NCBI GenBank assembly: GCA_964469505.1
Contig: CAYXZO010000003.1
Coordinates: 820-64,819 of the forward strand
Direction: 5' to 3'
From: an uncultured Lentisphaeria bacterium
Lineage (GTDB): Bacteria > Fidelibacterota > UBA8477 > JABMPR01
DNA: 64,000 nucleotides
Shown: positions 47,818 through 58,650 of the stretch, one piece after another
Layout of the letters: every line of letters begins with the position of its first letter
Position numbering within the stretch: the first letter of the stretch is position 1
Translations under genes and position numbers: made by a program
Notes under the pieces: model-generated
The model's input: only the letters and a program-made list of their open reading frames with translations
What the model was told of the DNA's origin: nothing
Database searches by the model: none

Positions 47818-48833
47818 CCCCGTTTAAGTAAAACGCGGTTGGCGATATAAGCTTTCAACCCCTCCCTTCGAACTCGTCGCCAGGGGCTGCTTTCAGGCTG
47901 TTCCACCTTATAATCAAAAGTTATTAAGGCTGATTTCAGATGCCTATTAATCAATTCCACTTCCAGAGCAGTAATCTCCTGTTGCCACGCTTTCAAACGT
48001 GCTTTACTGATACCAGTAAAAGTATTCCCGGTAACGCTGTTACCTCCCCAAGCATTGCCTAAAAAAGTTGGTTGAAGTAAAGTGGAGTGAAATTGTATCC
48101 CGGCCTGTTCCGCTAACTTATGCAATATTTCTTCCGGTTTAGTAACTAAATCTTCATATTTCACAACGAAGTAGTCATCCAAACTATATTTATTTTCCTC
48201 AGCAAAGAAATATGACCATTGGAGAGATCTCAAGATTTTATCGAGGTGAGGAAACCCTTTATCCATAGTTTGAAGGTATTTTCTTAATGTCACCAGATTA
48301 GCATAAGGGTTGCGGATAACATGAAAAAAAACAGCCTCAGGGTAGAGCTTCTTTAATCTTGCGGCGTGCTCAAAAGTACCCACCGTTTTTTCTACTACCC
48401 GCATATGTTCGGGCATCTGCGCATTGAACAAAGCCTGATATAGGGCCTCGAAATATCCGCGTATTAAGTTACTATCATCTGTCGATTCGATACTTTCGAT
48501 AGCTTTTTTGAATAGTTCTAAATTAAAAATCCCCTTGGCATCGCTATCGGCTAGCTTATTACCAATGCGATTCCTGACTTCAACCCATTCACATGCACTC
48601 CTGCGAAATACATTTATATCCCAATCCGATATCTTTTCCCAACTTCGTAAGGGATACCTAGTCCACCAATTAAGAATAAAATGAAATTGAGTCTCTATGG
48701 GCAAAACGAACAGCTCCGGGTGCCCATCGAACAAAGAACGTAATAAGCTGGTGCCGGATTTATGAGCACCGGAAATGAAAATAGGACGCCACATTGTCTT
48801 ATTCTTTTTAGTGTTCGTTTGTGTTCCCATCAT
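47814..48833 (-). CDS. Sulfotransferase (PAPS-dependent family)
   Basis: 5'-PSB motif PIFISGAHKSGTSLL plus a downstream 3'-PB-like region. The start probably overlaps the upstream stop as ATGA at 48833. Low-GC segment. Confidence 0.7.
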   Translation of the reverse strand: MMGTQTNTKKNKTMWRPIFISGAHKSGTSLLRSLFDGHPELFVLPIETQFHFILNWWTRYPLRSWEKISDWDINVFRRSACEWVEVRNRIGNKLADSDAKGIFNLELFKKAIESIESTDDSNLIRGYFEALYQALFNAQMPEHMRVVEKTVGTFEHAARLKKLYPEAVFFHVIRNPYANLVTLRKYLQTMDKGFPHLDKILRSLQWSYFFAEENKYSLDDYFVVKYEDLVTKPEEILHKLAEQAGIQFHSTLLQPTFLGNAWGGNSVTGNTFTGISKARLKAWQQEITALEVELINRHLKSALITFDYKVEQPESSPWRRVRREGLKAYIANRVLLKRG

Positions 48834-49951
48834 CCTTTTCCGATATGTTCCGCCAATATAATTTCCATCCTGCGTGCCACTTCGTTCCAATCGTACTGCT
48901 TAGCAAAAAGCTGAGGCTGTGGTTTTCGTTCATCTGATATCGCTTTATTGATCTTATTGATAAATTCTTCATGGGTAGATGCCACATAAATTATCTTTTC
49001 CAGCCTGGAAATCGCTTGGGAAAAGTCGAGGGATACCACTGGGGTGCCAGCTGCTATATATTCGTAGAGTTTATTAGGGTTAAGCACAGCTGTCAATTCA
49101 TCCTTCCTGAAGGGCAATAGAGCTACGTTGAAAGCTTGCACCCATGCCGGTAATTCACTATGGGGTTTGGGCCCCAGATATTTGACATTTTGACGCTCTA
49201 GGACATTTCTAAACTGATCCCGGCGTTCAGTATTGATAAAAGGTCCAATCAAAACCAGGGTAGCGGCTTTGAAACTGTCCGCTACCAATTCCAACAAATT
49301 CTCATCTAACCAGTCCATGGCGCCGGCATAACCCAATATGGGTTTAGGCCATTCCTTTATTTCGCTCGGATTAGGTTTTTGTTGGGCAAACAGGTCATAA
49401 TTAACTCCATTGCCTAACAAGATAGGGCTTTTGAATCCCAGCCGCTGCACCTTAACCCCCAGTTCATCACTTACAACAAATACCAGATCGGCGAATTTTA
49501 AATATCGAACAAGGTACTGCTTAAGCCAGGTAGGAGTATGGGGAAAGGCTAAATGGTCATCGTTGCAATCATAAAATTTAACTTTCGCCGGCAAGCGCGC
49601 CGCCAGCGGTCCCCAATATGCGTTGCTGAGCCCGATAACCCGTTCCGGGGTGTGGAAACCAGTAATCCTTAATATGAATTTAAGCCACAACCAGCCAATA
49701 AGTTGTGTCAGGATTTGCACTAATCTTAAATCCTGCATCAATCGTAGAGGACCGGAAGGTATTGTTTTCAGAAATGGAATCGTAACAACGACGATGTTAC
49801 CTCTACGAACCGGCAACAAATGCATTTGTTTCCCGACGACATAAGGTTCAATGAACAAAATCCGCCAATGAGCCGAGAACCTGGACAATATCTGTTGCTT
49901 GCGAGTAACTAAATAATCCCACCGGATTTCGGAAAACCAGACTAGTTTCAA
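48830..49951 (-). CDS. Glycosyltransferase (GT-B, GT4-like)
   Basis: 373 aa with a GT-B C-terminal pattern (NVALLPF...EYIAAGTPVVS). Confidence 0.55.
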   Translation of the reverse strand: MKLVWFSEIRWDYLVTRKQQILSRFSAHWRILFIEPYVVGKQMHLLPVRRGNIVVVTIPFLKTIPSGPLRLMQDLRLVQILTQLIGWLWLKFILRITGFHTPERVIGLSNAYWGPLAARLPAKVKFYDCNDDHLAFPHTPTWLKQYLVRYLKFADLVFVVSDELGVKVQRLGFKSPILLGNGVNYDLFAQQKPNPSEIKEWPKPILGYAGAMDWLDENLLELVADSFKAATLVLIGPFINTERRDQFRNVLERQNVKYLGPKPHSELPAWVQAFNVALLPFRKDELTAVLNPNKLYEYIAAGTPVVSLDFSQAISRLEKIIYVASTHEEFINKINKAISDERKPQPQLFAKQYDWNEVARRMEIILAEHIGKG

Positions 49952-50811
49952 CTGGATGACCTTTTGAGTTTCATAATTATCAAAAGTCCTAAGTAATACA
50001 AAAACAAAACACCTTGACTAAATATTAGGACCGGCCACTGATACCAGCGCACCCAACGGCGATACAGCTTAAATATACCTTTGGCTTTACGCTTAATTTT
50101 TTTCCATGAAAAAGCATGACCGAAAGATGCTGAAACTTTATGATAAATCTTCGATTGGGGAACATAGTACAACCGATACCCTGCCCTTTTTAAACGAAGA
50201 GATAAATCAACGTCTTCTCCATACATAGAAAAGTTCTCATCAAAGCCTCCCAGGTCTTTAGCCAGGGGGAAAGGCATGGCAATACAGCACCCTGTTAGAT
50301 AATCGGTTTCTTCGGCTTCATCAATATCATCGGTGTCAATCGCCCTCAGCCGTTTATGGCCGATATATCCGGTCCACAAGTTTACCTGCCCCCCGCCATA
50401 CCAAATTCGATTGCTGCCGGCGTACAAAATCTTAGGAGCAACAGCTCCAGCTTCGGGTAATTGTCGTAGGGCCCTCACCAAAGGGTCAAGAAAATCAGCC
50501 TGCACTTCGGTATCATTGTTGAGAAACGCAACGTAGTCCGGTGGGGCAATAGTCTCTTCCAACGCACGCAAGCCAGCATTATTTCCCCCGGCAAAGCCCT
50601 TGTTCTCCTTCAATTTGACCCAATTGACGTTGGGAAAGCGTCGCTCATTTTCGGCCACAGAGTCATCGGTTGAGGCATTATCCACTACCCAAATGGTGAA
50701 ACGAGGATATGTGACCGCACTCAGGCTAGCCAGGCAATCTCCCAGCACCCTGGCACCATTCCAATTCAACACTAAAACGGCTACTGAAGGGGTGGTTTCA
50801 GGCGCCGACAA
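49948..50811 (-). CDS. Glycosyltransferase family 2
   Basis: VLVLNWNG...VVDNASTDDS and D.D motifs. 287 aa. Confidence 0.8.
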   Translation of the reverse strand: MSAPETTPSVAVLVLNWNGARVLGDCLASLSAVTYPRFTIWVVDNASTDDSVAENERRFPNVNWVKLKENKGFAGGNNAGLRALEETIAPPDYVAFLNNDTEVQADFLDPLVRALRQLPEAGAVAPKILYAGSNRIWYGGGQVNLWTGYIGHKRLRAIDTDDIDEAEETDYLTGCCIAMPFPLAKDLGGFDENFSMYGEDVDLSLRLKRAGYRLYYVPQSKIYHKVSASFGHAFSWKKIKRKAKGIFKLYRRWVRWYQWPVLIFSQGVLFLYYLGLLIIMKLKRSSS

Positions 50812-51925
50812 TGCGTTCCAGTTCCTCCTTAAATCGGTTCACCGTGAATCTCTCTCGCCACTCCTTTACATTAGCCGTGAAATCGACCTGTGCACGGGCT
50901 TCTAAAAAGGACCGCATAGTTTCAGCTAATTTACCCGGGGAGTCAGGAGGCACTAAGTAGCCGGTATGCCCCGGCCTGATATATTCCGCTAACCCACCCA
51001 CTTCAGTAGCAATTACTGGTAACCCCGCCTGGTAGGCAATACCCAAGATGCCGCTCTGAGTAGCCGTTTTATATGGCAAAATCAAAGCATCAGCCGCCGC
51101 GAAAAAGTTTTGGGTCTCAGTGTCACTTGCGAAACGCAGGACTAATCTCACAGTTTCCTTCAATTCATACCTATCAATTAGAGCCTGGTAAGGTTCCCAG
51201 GATTCATACGGCTCCCCTACCACCCATAATTTAAAATCAACCCCTTGGGTTCTAAGCTGGGCCGCGGCTTTCAGCAAAACATCCACCCCTTTGTAAGGTC
51301 GGATGTAGCCGAAAAAGAGGAAAACCGGCAGGTCCTGTGGAATGTCCAGGTTTCGACGGGCCACCGTTTTATCAACCTGCGGCTGGTACAATTCATAAAG
51401 AGGATGGAATAAGACCTGCACTTCCCTCTCCGGTGCTACTGCCTTTATCTCAGTGGCCACTCCCTGAGATAAAGCCACTACGATGTCCATTTCTTTCAGA
51501 ATTCTACGGGCTGCGACACGATCTACGAGCGACTGTTCATGGGGAATTAGATTATCTATTATACCGAGAGTACGCCCCGTCTTTTGTTGATGCAACCGGT
51601 TGGCTACGAATGAAAACACAGGTGCAAAAAAGGGGTTCCAGTAACGGAAAATAGTGAGATCAGGTTGGAAAGCAGCGATGCGGCGGGCAGTAGTATACCA
51701 GCTCAGTGGATTGACTGAATCCAACAGACGATCAGCGGGAAAAATGGGGCGGTCCGCTCTGGGCTTATACTCAGTTTGCCCCGGAAATAGGAACTTTGGA
51801 TATTGTCTTCGGAAGTTCGCGAAATAGAGCTGGTGGTCTTTTTTAAGATGCTGATATAACTGATAGTTGAAATCAGCAATACCACCGCGATACGGCGGAC
51901 CTACGCTGCAGAAAGCTATGCGCAT
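50798..51925 (-). CDS. Glycosyltransferase family 4
   Basis: 375 aa with a GT-B fold pattern (GGIADFNY..., EPYESW..., LPYKTATQSGILGIAYQAGLPVIATEVGGL). Confidence 0.8.
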   Translation of the reverse strand: MRIAFCSVGPPYRGGIADFNYQLYQHLKKDHQLYFANFRRQYPKFLFPGQTEYKPRADRPIFPADRLLDSVNPLSWYTTARRIAAFQPDLTIFRYWNPFFAPVFSFVANRLHQQKTGRTLGIIDNLIPHEQSLVDRVAARRILKEMDIVVALSQGVATEIKAVAPEREVQVLFHPLYELYQPQVDKTVARRNLDIPQDLPVFLFFGYIRPYKGVDVLLKAAAQLRTQGVDFKLWVVGEPYESWEPYQALIDRYELKETVRLVLRFASDTETQNFFAAADALILPYKTATQSGILGIAYQAGLPVIATEVGGLAEYIRPGHTGYLVPPDSPGKLAETMRSFLEARAQVDFTANVKEWRERFTVNRFKEELERIVGA

Positions 51926-51936
51926 GGCTGATTTGC

Positions 51937-52911
51937 TCAGGTGGAAGTGGTACGTGCGTTTGCCTTGGGTTCAGAAGAATTGACTATGTACTCGGGGCGT
52001 TCCCGAATACTTAAGCGCGTTATCATTTCCCCCAACAGGCCCATGGAGAAAAACTGGACTCCCACTATAACCAATAAAATCCCCACGAAGAAAATGGGTC
52101 GGTTGCCGATCCAGGCGCCGGTTCCGAAGAAGTACTGCCGTAACCATTGGATGCCCAGGTAAAACAAAACTCCGCCACCAACAGTTCCCATAAATAACCC
52201 TATCAGGCCAAAAAAATGCAGGGGTTTGCGAAAATATTTGCCGATAAACAACACCGTCAACAAATCAAAAAAACCAGCGAAGAACCGCCACAAGCCGTAC
52301 TTAGTGCGTCCATACTTGCGGGCATGGTGCTTAACCACCTTTTCCCCACAGCGAAAACCTTTCTGAGCAGCCAACACCGGAATGTAGCGATGCAATTCAC
52401 CATAAAGGTGCAAGCTTTTGACTACCTCGCGCCGATAGGCCTTCAAACCGCAGTTAAAATCGTGGAGGGGAATTCCGGTAAGTTTCGCGGTAATGAAATT
52501 GAAAAAACGAGAAGGCCAGCGTTTGGAGATGGGATCATGGCGCTCCTTTTTCCATCCAGAAACCAAATCGTAATCCTGTTTCAACATTTCCAGCAGATAA
52601 GGTATCTCATTGGGGTCATCCTGAAGATCAGCATCCAGGGTCACCACAAAGTCACCTTTGGCCTCCTGGAAACCGATATTCAAGGCAGCGGCTTTACCGT
52701 AGTTCCGGCGGAAATGAATTATCCGCACCCGTGGATCCTCTGCAGCGAGCCCTCTGAGGACTGCTGCTGATGTATCAGTACTACCATCGTTGATGAACAG
52801 AATCTCGATTTCGTAGCTGGAATTGGATAGAGCGAGGGCTATAGCCCGGTAAAGTTCGGGTAACGATTCCGCTTCGTTATAGACTGGAACAACAATGCTC
52901 ACTAAACTCAT
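51937..52911 (-). CDS. Polyprenyl-phosphate glycosyltransferase (GT2, ArnC/DPM1-like) with C-terminal TM helices
   Basis: VSIVVPVYNEAESL and DADLQDDP motifs, with two C-terminal TM helices. 324 aa. Confidence 0.8.
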   Translation of the reverse strand: MSLVSIVVPVYNEAESLPELYRAIALALSNSSYEIEILFINDGSTDTSAAVLRGLAAEDPRVRIIHFRRNYGKAAALNIGFQEAKGDFVVTLDADLQDDPNEIPYLLEMLKQDYDLVSGWKKERHDPISKRWPSRFFNFITAKLTGIPLHDFNCGLKAYRREVVKSLHLYGELHRYIPVLAAQKGFRCGEKVVKHHARKYGRTKYGLWRFFAGFFDLLTVLFIGKYFRKPLHFFGLIGLFMGTVGGGVLFYLGIQWLRQYFFGTGAWIGNRPIFFVGILLVIVGVQFFSMGLLGEMITRLSIRERPEYIVNSSEPKANARTTST

Positions 52912-53660
52912 GGAGTCTCTCCCATGTCACGTAAAGCAACTGGTGGCTGAAATGGTGGCTGCAATTCGGAGTCCCGGTCCAGCATCAACCGGTGCACACC
53001 AACCGACTTCCAGGATAAATAGAATTTCTCTTGCTCTAAAACAAAACTCCCCCCCGCAGGCAAAGTATTTGAGCCCCGGTATTTCCACTGGAGAGTAGCG
53101 GTTACTTTCCTGTCGGGTGAAGTAAATTGCCAGCGGCTATATCTGCCAGGGCTTTCAGACCACAGCTCCTGATTGTCGGTGCACCAGTGATGAGAGCCAC
53201 AAGATTTCCAGGATGTTTCAGACCGGGGAGGCTCAGCCAAAAGCAATAATCGGATCCAGTCCGACCAGGGTATAGTTCCGACAGTACCTAATCTTGCTAT
53301 TTCATCAGCTTCCTCCAATCTCTGCCATGGGTGTCCTACCAATCGGAACCAAATTTTATCAGAATGAAGCATTAACTTGAATTTCCCCATGCCCAGAGGG
53401 CCACTACCTTCTAGCCAGGCCTCTCCATGTCCCAGTGTAGCATTAAACTTACCCTGTCCACTCAATCTGTCGGTATGTATCACAAAAATCCCTCTAATTC
53501 GCCACAGTGAACTCCTTAGCTCAGGCTTAAAAGACGAAGGGTCGCAATCCGTCCCCGCCTGAGGCAGTTGTTTTTGAGAGACGTTAAAAGAACAGGCGGC
53601 AAGCAGAATTCCCAGGAAAAACGCACCCGTGAAACTAAGAAACTTATTCCCTTGCTTCAA
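52908..53660 (-). CDS. Hypothetical lipoprotein (LolB-like size; function unknown)
   Basis: Signal peptide with lipobox (GILLAAC). 250 aa, no catalytic motif. Confidence 0.4.
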   Translation of the reverse strand: MKQGNKFLSFTGAFFLGILLAACSFNVSQKQLPQAGTDCDPSSFKPELRSSLWRIRGIFVIHTDRLSGQGKFNATLGHGEAWLEGSGPLGMGKFKLMLHSDKIWFRLVGHPWQRLEEADEIARLGTVGTIPWSDWIRLLLLAEPPRSETSWKSCGSHHWCTDNQELWSESPGRYSRWQFTSPDRKVTATLQWKYRGSNTLPAGGSFVLEQEKFYLSWKSVGVHRLMLDRDSELQPPFQPPVALRDMGETP

Positions 53661-55197
53661 GGGCTCGGGCCTTCTGGAAATATTGTTCCGCTTCTTTAAC
53701 CTTCCCCAATCGTTCCAACAGCTGGGCTAAATGCCCCAAAACTTCCGCGTTATTTCCATCCAATTTCACTGATGCCCGTAAGTACTTTTCCGCCATGGTG
53801 AAATGTCCCAGTTTGAAATAAATCCAACCCGCCGTATCCAGATAAGCCGGACGCTTGGGCTCAACACTCAAAGCTTCCTGGATCAAGTGGGCTGCAAACA
53901 GCAAAGCTTCTTTGGTGGAGTCATGAACGGCAATCAGGTACGCGTAATTATTCTTGGCCAGATGATCACGAGGATATTGTTCTATGAGCGTCTGATAAGC
54001 CCGTTTAGCACGCTCATAATTGCCGGTTTCATCCGCCAGTAACGCCAGCAAATGCAAACCTTGCTGATCCGTTTCGTTCAGTTTGATCGCTTGTTCCATA
54101 GCCCTGAAGGCCTGTCGTTGCAAACTGGTATCTTTTTTAGCGATGGCCAGGTCCCGCATTAATTGGGCGTTAAGATAGTGGAGATAATAATTATCAGGGA
54201 ATGCCGGTAAATATGCCTGTAAGGTTTCCCACGCTCCCTGGCTATTGCGGAGGTTCATGTATGACCATACCATTAAGGCCACCGCTTGGGCCCTGGAGGG
54301 ATCATTTTCTAACAGCTTTTTTAGAACAACGATCGCACGTTCATAATTTCCAGAGTCAAAGTACAATTGCCCTAACTTCAGCTGCATTTCGGGACTTAAA
54401 CTGCGTTTCTGAGCTAGCTTGCTAAGAAATCTAATCGCAGCTAAAGGGCCATTCATGGTATTCACCAGCTCGGTTTTAAACAACACCAGTGGTTCACTAT
54501 CAGGATTTTTAGCAAAAAGTGAGTCCACCAACCGTACAGCGGTGTCGTATCTGCCCATTGTTATAAGCAATTGAACCCGTCGCTTCAGCAATTCTAAACT
54601 GTTGGGGAAGATTTTGGCTAAACGGTGATATATATCCAGCACTTTGTCCCAACGCCTGAGAGCCAGATAAAGCTTCTCCGCCCGCTGGAGGGGAGCCAGA
54701 CGTTCCTCATCCAACTCCCATAGCACCACCAAGTAATTGGCTTCTTGCAAAGTATCTTTTAGAGCATGGTAGACTTGTACCAATTGAAAAACTGTGCGAG
54801 GATCATCAGAGCGCAGTCGGTATAAACGTTTTAAGAATGGAAGAGCACGCCGGGGTTCGCCCTGGTTGAGCTCCACCAAAGCTTCGAGCGCCTCTTCATA
54901 AGTGGAGTCCAACTGGATGACTTTTAAATAAGCTCTTTCAGCGGCGGTTTTACGATCAAGCTGCTGATAAGCTTTGCCCAAACTGAGGAAAATATCCGGA
55001 GAAGTTGAATCGGCTTTGGCTGCTTCTTCATAGGCTTTGGCTGCTTCTTCCCACCGCTCTTGACTTTCCAACTCCATTCCCCGCATGAATGCATCTAGAG
55101 CTCGTTTTTCAAAATTAGTGGAGTCAGTGGAGACTGAGTGCTGTCCCAATAGTGGGATCCCCAAACAAATCAATAGCACCAGCTTAAACCATTTCAT
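53644..55197 (-). CDS. Secreted TPR-repeat protein
   Basis: Signal peptide plus about 12 TPR units. 517 aa. Confidence 0.7.
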   Translation of the reverse strand: MKWFKLVLLICLGIPLLGQHSVSTDSTNFEKRALDAFMRGMELESQERWEEAAKAYEEAAKADSTSPDIFLSLGKAYQQLDRKTAAERAYLKVIQLDSTYEEALEALVELNQGEPRRALPFLKRLYRLRSDDPRTVFQLVQVYHALKDTLQEANYLVVLWELDEERLAPLQRAEKLYLALRRWDKVLDIYHRLAKIFPNSLELLKRRVQLLITMGRYDTAVRLVDSLFAKNPDSEPLVLFKTELVNTMNGPLAAIRFLSKLAQKRSLSPEMQLKLGQLYFDSGNYERAIVVLKKLLENDPSRAQAVALMVWSYMNLRNSQGAWETLQAYLPAFPDNYYLHYLNAQLMRDLAIAKKDTSLQRQAFRAMEQAIKLNETDQQGLHLLALLADETGNYERAKRAYQTLIEQYPRDHLAKNNYAYLIAVHDSTKEALLFAAHLIQEALSVEPKRPAYLDTAGWIYFKLGHFTMAEKYLRASVKLDGNNAEVLGHLAQLLERLGKVKEAEQYFQKARALEARE

Positions 55198-55200
55198 CCC

Positions 55201-57081
55201 TTACGCCTCAGCTTTCGCAAATGTTGAAGAAGGCAGCGGTTTGCCCCAAACTTTTAAAATCAGGAATAAGGCGCTTATAGCCACCACATACGAAGTAATA
55301 ATTCCGATGAAGGGTTGCGATTGCCATAGGCCTAAAGGTAAATACCCGATGAGTACCGCAATTGTTCCAGCAATGAAAGCATATGGTAATTGGGTTCGAA
55401 CATGGTCAATGTGGTCGGAACAAGAGGCCAGTGAAGAAAGGATAGTGGTGTCGGAAATGGGTGAGCAATGATCGCCAAAGGTTGCTCCGCTGATAACCGC
55501 CGCGAAAGTCGCCAGAAAAAGAAGGTTGTGCACATCTGCGTAAATATTCAACGCCAAGGGTATTACCAAGGGAATAAGGATTGACATGGTTCCGAAGCTG
55601 GTCCCGGTGGCAAAACTGATGGCAGAAGCAGTCAAAAAAGTCAAAGCTGGCAATATGAAAGGCGCGATCAAGTGGCGGGTATTATGGATAATATAATCAG
55701 CAGTATGTACTTGATTACACACCTCTCCCAGCGCCCAGGCCAAAATCAAGATCATGGACGCGAGAAGCATAGTCCGGGCGCCCTGGAACCAGGCCTCCAT
55801 AGTATCTTTGATGGAAATCAATCGTTGCCCAAGTCCCAGCAAAGCAGCCACCAAAGCTCCCGTAAAACTAGCCCACAACAAAGCTTGAGCCGAATCGGCA
55901 TTATTCATGACCGCCAGTAAAAAAGCCAAGGTCCCCTGATTACGGGGAGGATCGGCCTCAAGACCGGTTATCAACATTCCTACCATAGTGAACAAAATAA
56001 CGAACGCAATGGGTATCCCTGCGTTCCACCACCGGAAAGGAATACCCTTGGGTTGCACGTTCTCAAGCAACGAGTCATCCGAAATAGGTTTGGCATCGAT
56101 TCGAATGACTCTTCCCTCCAGGATGGCTCGTCTTTCCGCACCGTACATGGGACCTATCTCCCGATTACTGACGGCCACCAGAAAAACGAGTATTACGGCC
56201 AGGATAGAGTAATATGAGAATGGTATTGAAAGGAGAAATAAAAGGTAGGAATTGGTTTGAACTCCGTGCAGCCGTAACTGGCTGTCGAGCAGCGACATGC
56301 TGAAAACTATCCAGGTGCTGATCAGCCCGAAGCTGGCTACCGGAGCGGCAGTGGAATCGACTATGTAAGAAAGTTTCTCTCTGGAAATTCTCAAGCGGTC
56401 AGTAATTGGCCGCATGGTATTGCCAACCAGCAATGAGTTAGCATAGTCGTCGAAAAAGATCAGAACACCCATAAGAGCGGTCGCCAATTGGCCCCGGATA
56501 CGGTTGCTGGCGAAACGTTCAGCCTTAGCAACGATACCAGCGATGCCACCATTACGTTGAATCAAACCAATCAGCCCCCCAAAGCCGAAAGTGAACAACA
56601 GAATGGTAGCGTGACCTTTATCAACCAAACTGTTCACCACTTGAGTATCAAGAGCCCGTAAAAAGCCGGCCCAGGGATGAAAACCGGATAGAATAATGGC
56701 TCCTACCCAAACACCGGTGAACAATGAAAGCAGCATTTCTTTAGTAACTAGTGCCAAGATTATAGCTACCAGCGGGGGCAAAAGACTGGTCCATCCCGGA
56801 ACAAGCAATACTTCCTGTGCCTGAGCCGTCTCCCCTCCTATCCGAAGCTCGATTGACCCTGGTGTAGTTTTTTTAACTCTTGCTGAACCGCTGGAACTTT
56901 TGACTACTATCAGGCTGTCAAGACCGGCTAGCACAACCTGAGTATTACCATCAACGGGGACGTTCTCCCAGGAAATGCGGAAGGGTACATCTTTCAATAC
57001 TAACTGGGGAACTGAGACAGATTGACCCAACAACGAGGCGCTTGCCAATAAAAAAAGCACTCCCCTTAGCCAGTTCTTCAT
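55201..57081 (-). CDS. Na+/H+ antiporter NhaC family with ~100-aa N-terminal extracytoplasmic domain
   Basis: Signal peptide, soluble N-domain, then an NhaC-type 12-TM core including GDHCSPISDTTILSS. Confidence 0.65.
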   Translation of the reverse strand: MKNWLRGVLFLLASASLLGQSVSVPQLVLKDVPFRISWENVPVDGNTQVVLAGLDSLIVVKSSSGSARVKKTTPGSIELRIGGETAQAQEVLLVPGWTSLLPPLVAIILALVTKEMLLSLFTGVWVGAIILSGFHPWAGFLRALDTQVVNSLVDKGHATILLFTFGFGGLIGLIQRNGGIAGIVAKAERFASNRIRGQLATALMGVLIFFDDYANSLLVGNTMRPITDRLRISREKLSYIVDSTAAPVASFGLISTWIVFSMSLLDSQLRLHGVQTNSYLLFLLSIPFSYYSILAVILVFLVAVSNREIGPMYGAERRAILEGRVIRIDAKPISDDSLLENVQPKGIPFRWWNAGIPIAFVILFTMVGMLITGLEADPPRNQGTLAFLLAVMNNADSAQALLWASFTGALVAALLGLGQRLISIKDTMEAWFQGARTMLLASMILILAWALGEVCNQVHTADYIIHNTRHLIAPFILPALTFLTASAISFATGTSFGTMSILIPLVIPLALNIYADVHNLLFLATFAAVISGATFGDHCSPISDTTILSSLASCSDHIDHVRTQLPYAFIAGTIAVLIGYLPLGLWQSQPFIGIITSYVVAISALFLILKVWGKPLPSSTFAKAEA

Positions 57082-57132
57082 TTGCTACCGTCTACGGATT
57101 TGCAAGTTGGAAAGTTATGACCGGAAGGTCGA

Positions 57133-58650
57133 TCAATGTTTGGGGGCTACCATCCCCGGTTCGTAAACGACTACTCTGTTACCCCCTTGGCGCTTGGCCT
57201 GATACATGGCCGCATCCGCCGCTTCGATCAATTCTTCCATAGTTTTTCCGTCCTTGGGGAACTCGCATAAGCCGATGCTGATATGCATATTCACCTTGAT
57301 GTCATTCCATTCGAAATTGTGCTCAGCTATGGCATGACAAATACGATTAGCACTAATAGAGCCATTTTTAGCATCGGTGCTGATCAAACCTACTACGAAT
57401 TCTTCACCGCCATAGCGCCCCACAATATCTGCGGTACGTACGCTTTCCTTGATTACCTTCGCCGTCTCCCGGATGACGTAATCACCCATGAGATGACCAT
57501 AGGTATCATTGATCCGTTTGAACTTATCCAAATCACAAAAGAGGATTGTCAAGCTCAACTGGTATCGAGTGGAACGGGAAATCTCTTCCTGCAATCGTTC
57601 TTTTAAGGCCCGAAGGTTGTAGACCCGACTCAAGGGGTCGATGGTGGCGAATTCTTTCAACTTATCATATAACATCAAACGATTTAGCGCTGCGCCAAGA
57701 TTCAGGGCCACCATTCCGAAAATACCCAGGATGGCCTCGTCAAATTCCCGATTCTCACGGAATTCCAAAACGAGGGCTCCCGGACCTTCCGGTTGATTGG
57801 CTAATGGAAATACTACCGCGGCCCCAAAATTGTAATCGGCCAGATCGCCGATTTTATAGATCCCTTCAAAAGGTGTTTTTTCACTAGCCCGGTATATTTG
57901 CCGATGTCCCTGCCGGATAGCAGCCCCAACTAATGTATTATCCAGTCGCAACATCATTCCTTCCTGGAGCCAGCTGCTTTCACCAGCAATGGAATCGATG
58001 CGGTAATAATTTTCCAATTCCTCATTCCGCAGGGCTAAAACCGCACGATCAAAGTTCAGGAAATAGTGGGAAAAGCGGGAAATCTCGGCCACAAAATCGC
58101 TTTTACTGACGGCTGCAGTGAGATGACGGTTAACCTCCAGCAGGATGGCGAGATGATCGGTACGTTCCTGCAATTGGTCTAATAATTCAGTGGAATTCAG
58201 CGCACTACCCACCAGGCGAGCCACATGAGCGCTGAGACTCAAATCATTATCCTTGAAATAATGTTCTTTATCGTGTTCTTGAAACAAAAAGCCCACCACT
58301 TCTCCCCGCATGAAGATAGGTACTATCATAACACAGGCTGGCAAGTTGCCATTCTTGTTATCGTACATCGCCTGAATTACGTCAGGATCGCTGGTGATAG
58401 TACCAAATTGGTCGGGTTGTTTCAGATTTTGCAAAAAGGGGAGTTCTTCGGATAGCTTCTTCTTAATAGCGGAGTTACCGATAAGCAATGACTGCTTCAG
58501 TACGAATGCGTGGTCGGAGGCGGAGTAAAAGTAAAAATGCACCCCCTGGCTACCGGTGGCAGTCAAAGCGAGTTGCAAAAGTTCTTTCAATTGTGAAGTA
58601 AAAATACTGTCAATGTCCACGGACAGGGCATGCAAATCGATAAACTTCAA
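57133..58650 (-). CDS. Diguanylate cyclase (GAF-GAF-GGDEF)
   Basis: Two GAF-like regions then GGDEF with an intact active site RYGGEEFVV. 505 aa. Confidence 0.85.
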   Translation of the reverse strand: MKFIDLHALSVDIDSIFTSQLKELLQLALTATGSQGVHFYFYSASDHAFVLKQSLLIGNSAIKKKLSEELPFLQNLKQPDQFGTITSDPDVIQAMYDNKNGNLPACVMIVPIFMRGEVVGFLFQEHDKEHYFKDNDLSLSAHVARLVGSALNSTELLDQLQERTDHLAILLEVNRHLTAAVSKSDFVAEISRFSHYFLNFDRAVLALRNEELENYYRIDSIAGESSWLQEGMMLRLDNTLVGAAIRQGHRQIYRASEKTPFEGIYKIGDLADYNFGAAVVFPLANQPEGPGALVLEFRENREFDEAILGIFGMVALNLGAALNRLMLYDKLKEFATIDPLSRVYNLRALKERLQEEISRSTRYQLSLTILFCDLDKFKRINDTYGHLMGDYVIRETAKVIKESVRTADIVGRYGGEEFVVGLISTDAKNGSISANRICHAIAEHNFEWNDIKVNMHISIGLCEFPKDGKTMEELIEAADAAMYQAKRQGGNRVVVYEPGMVAPKH

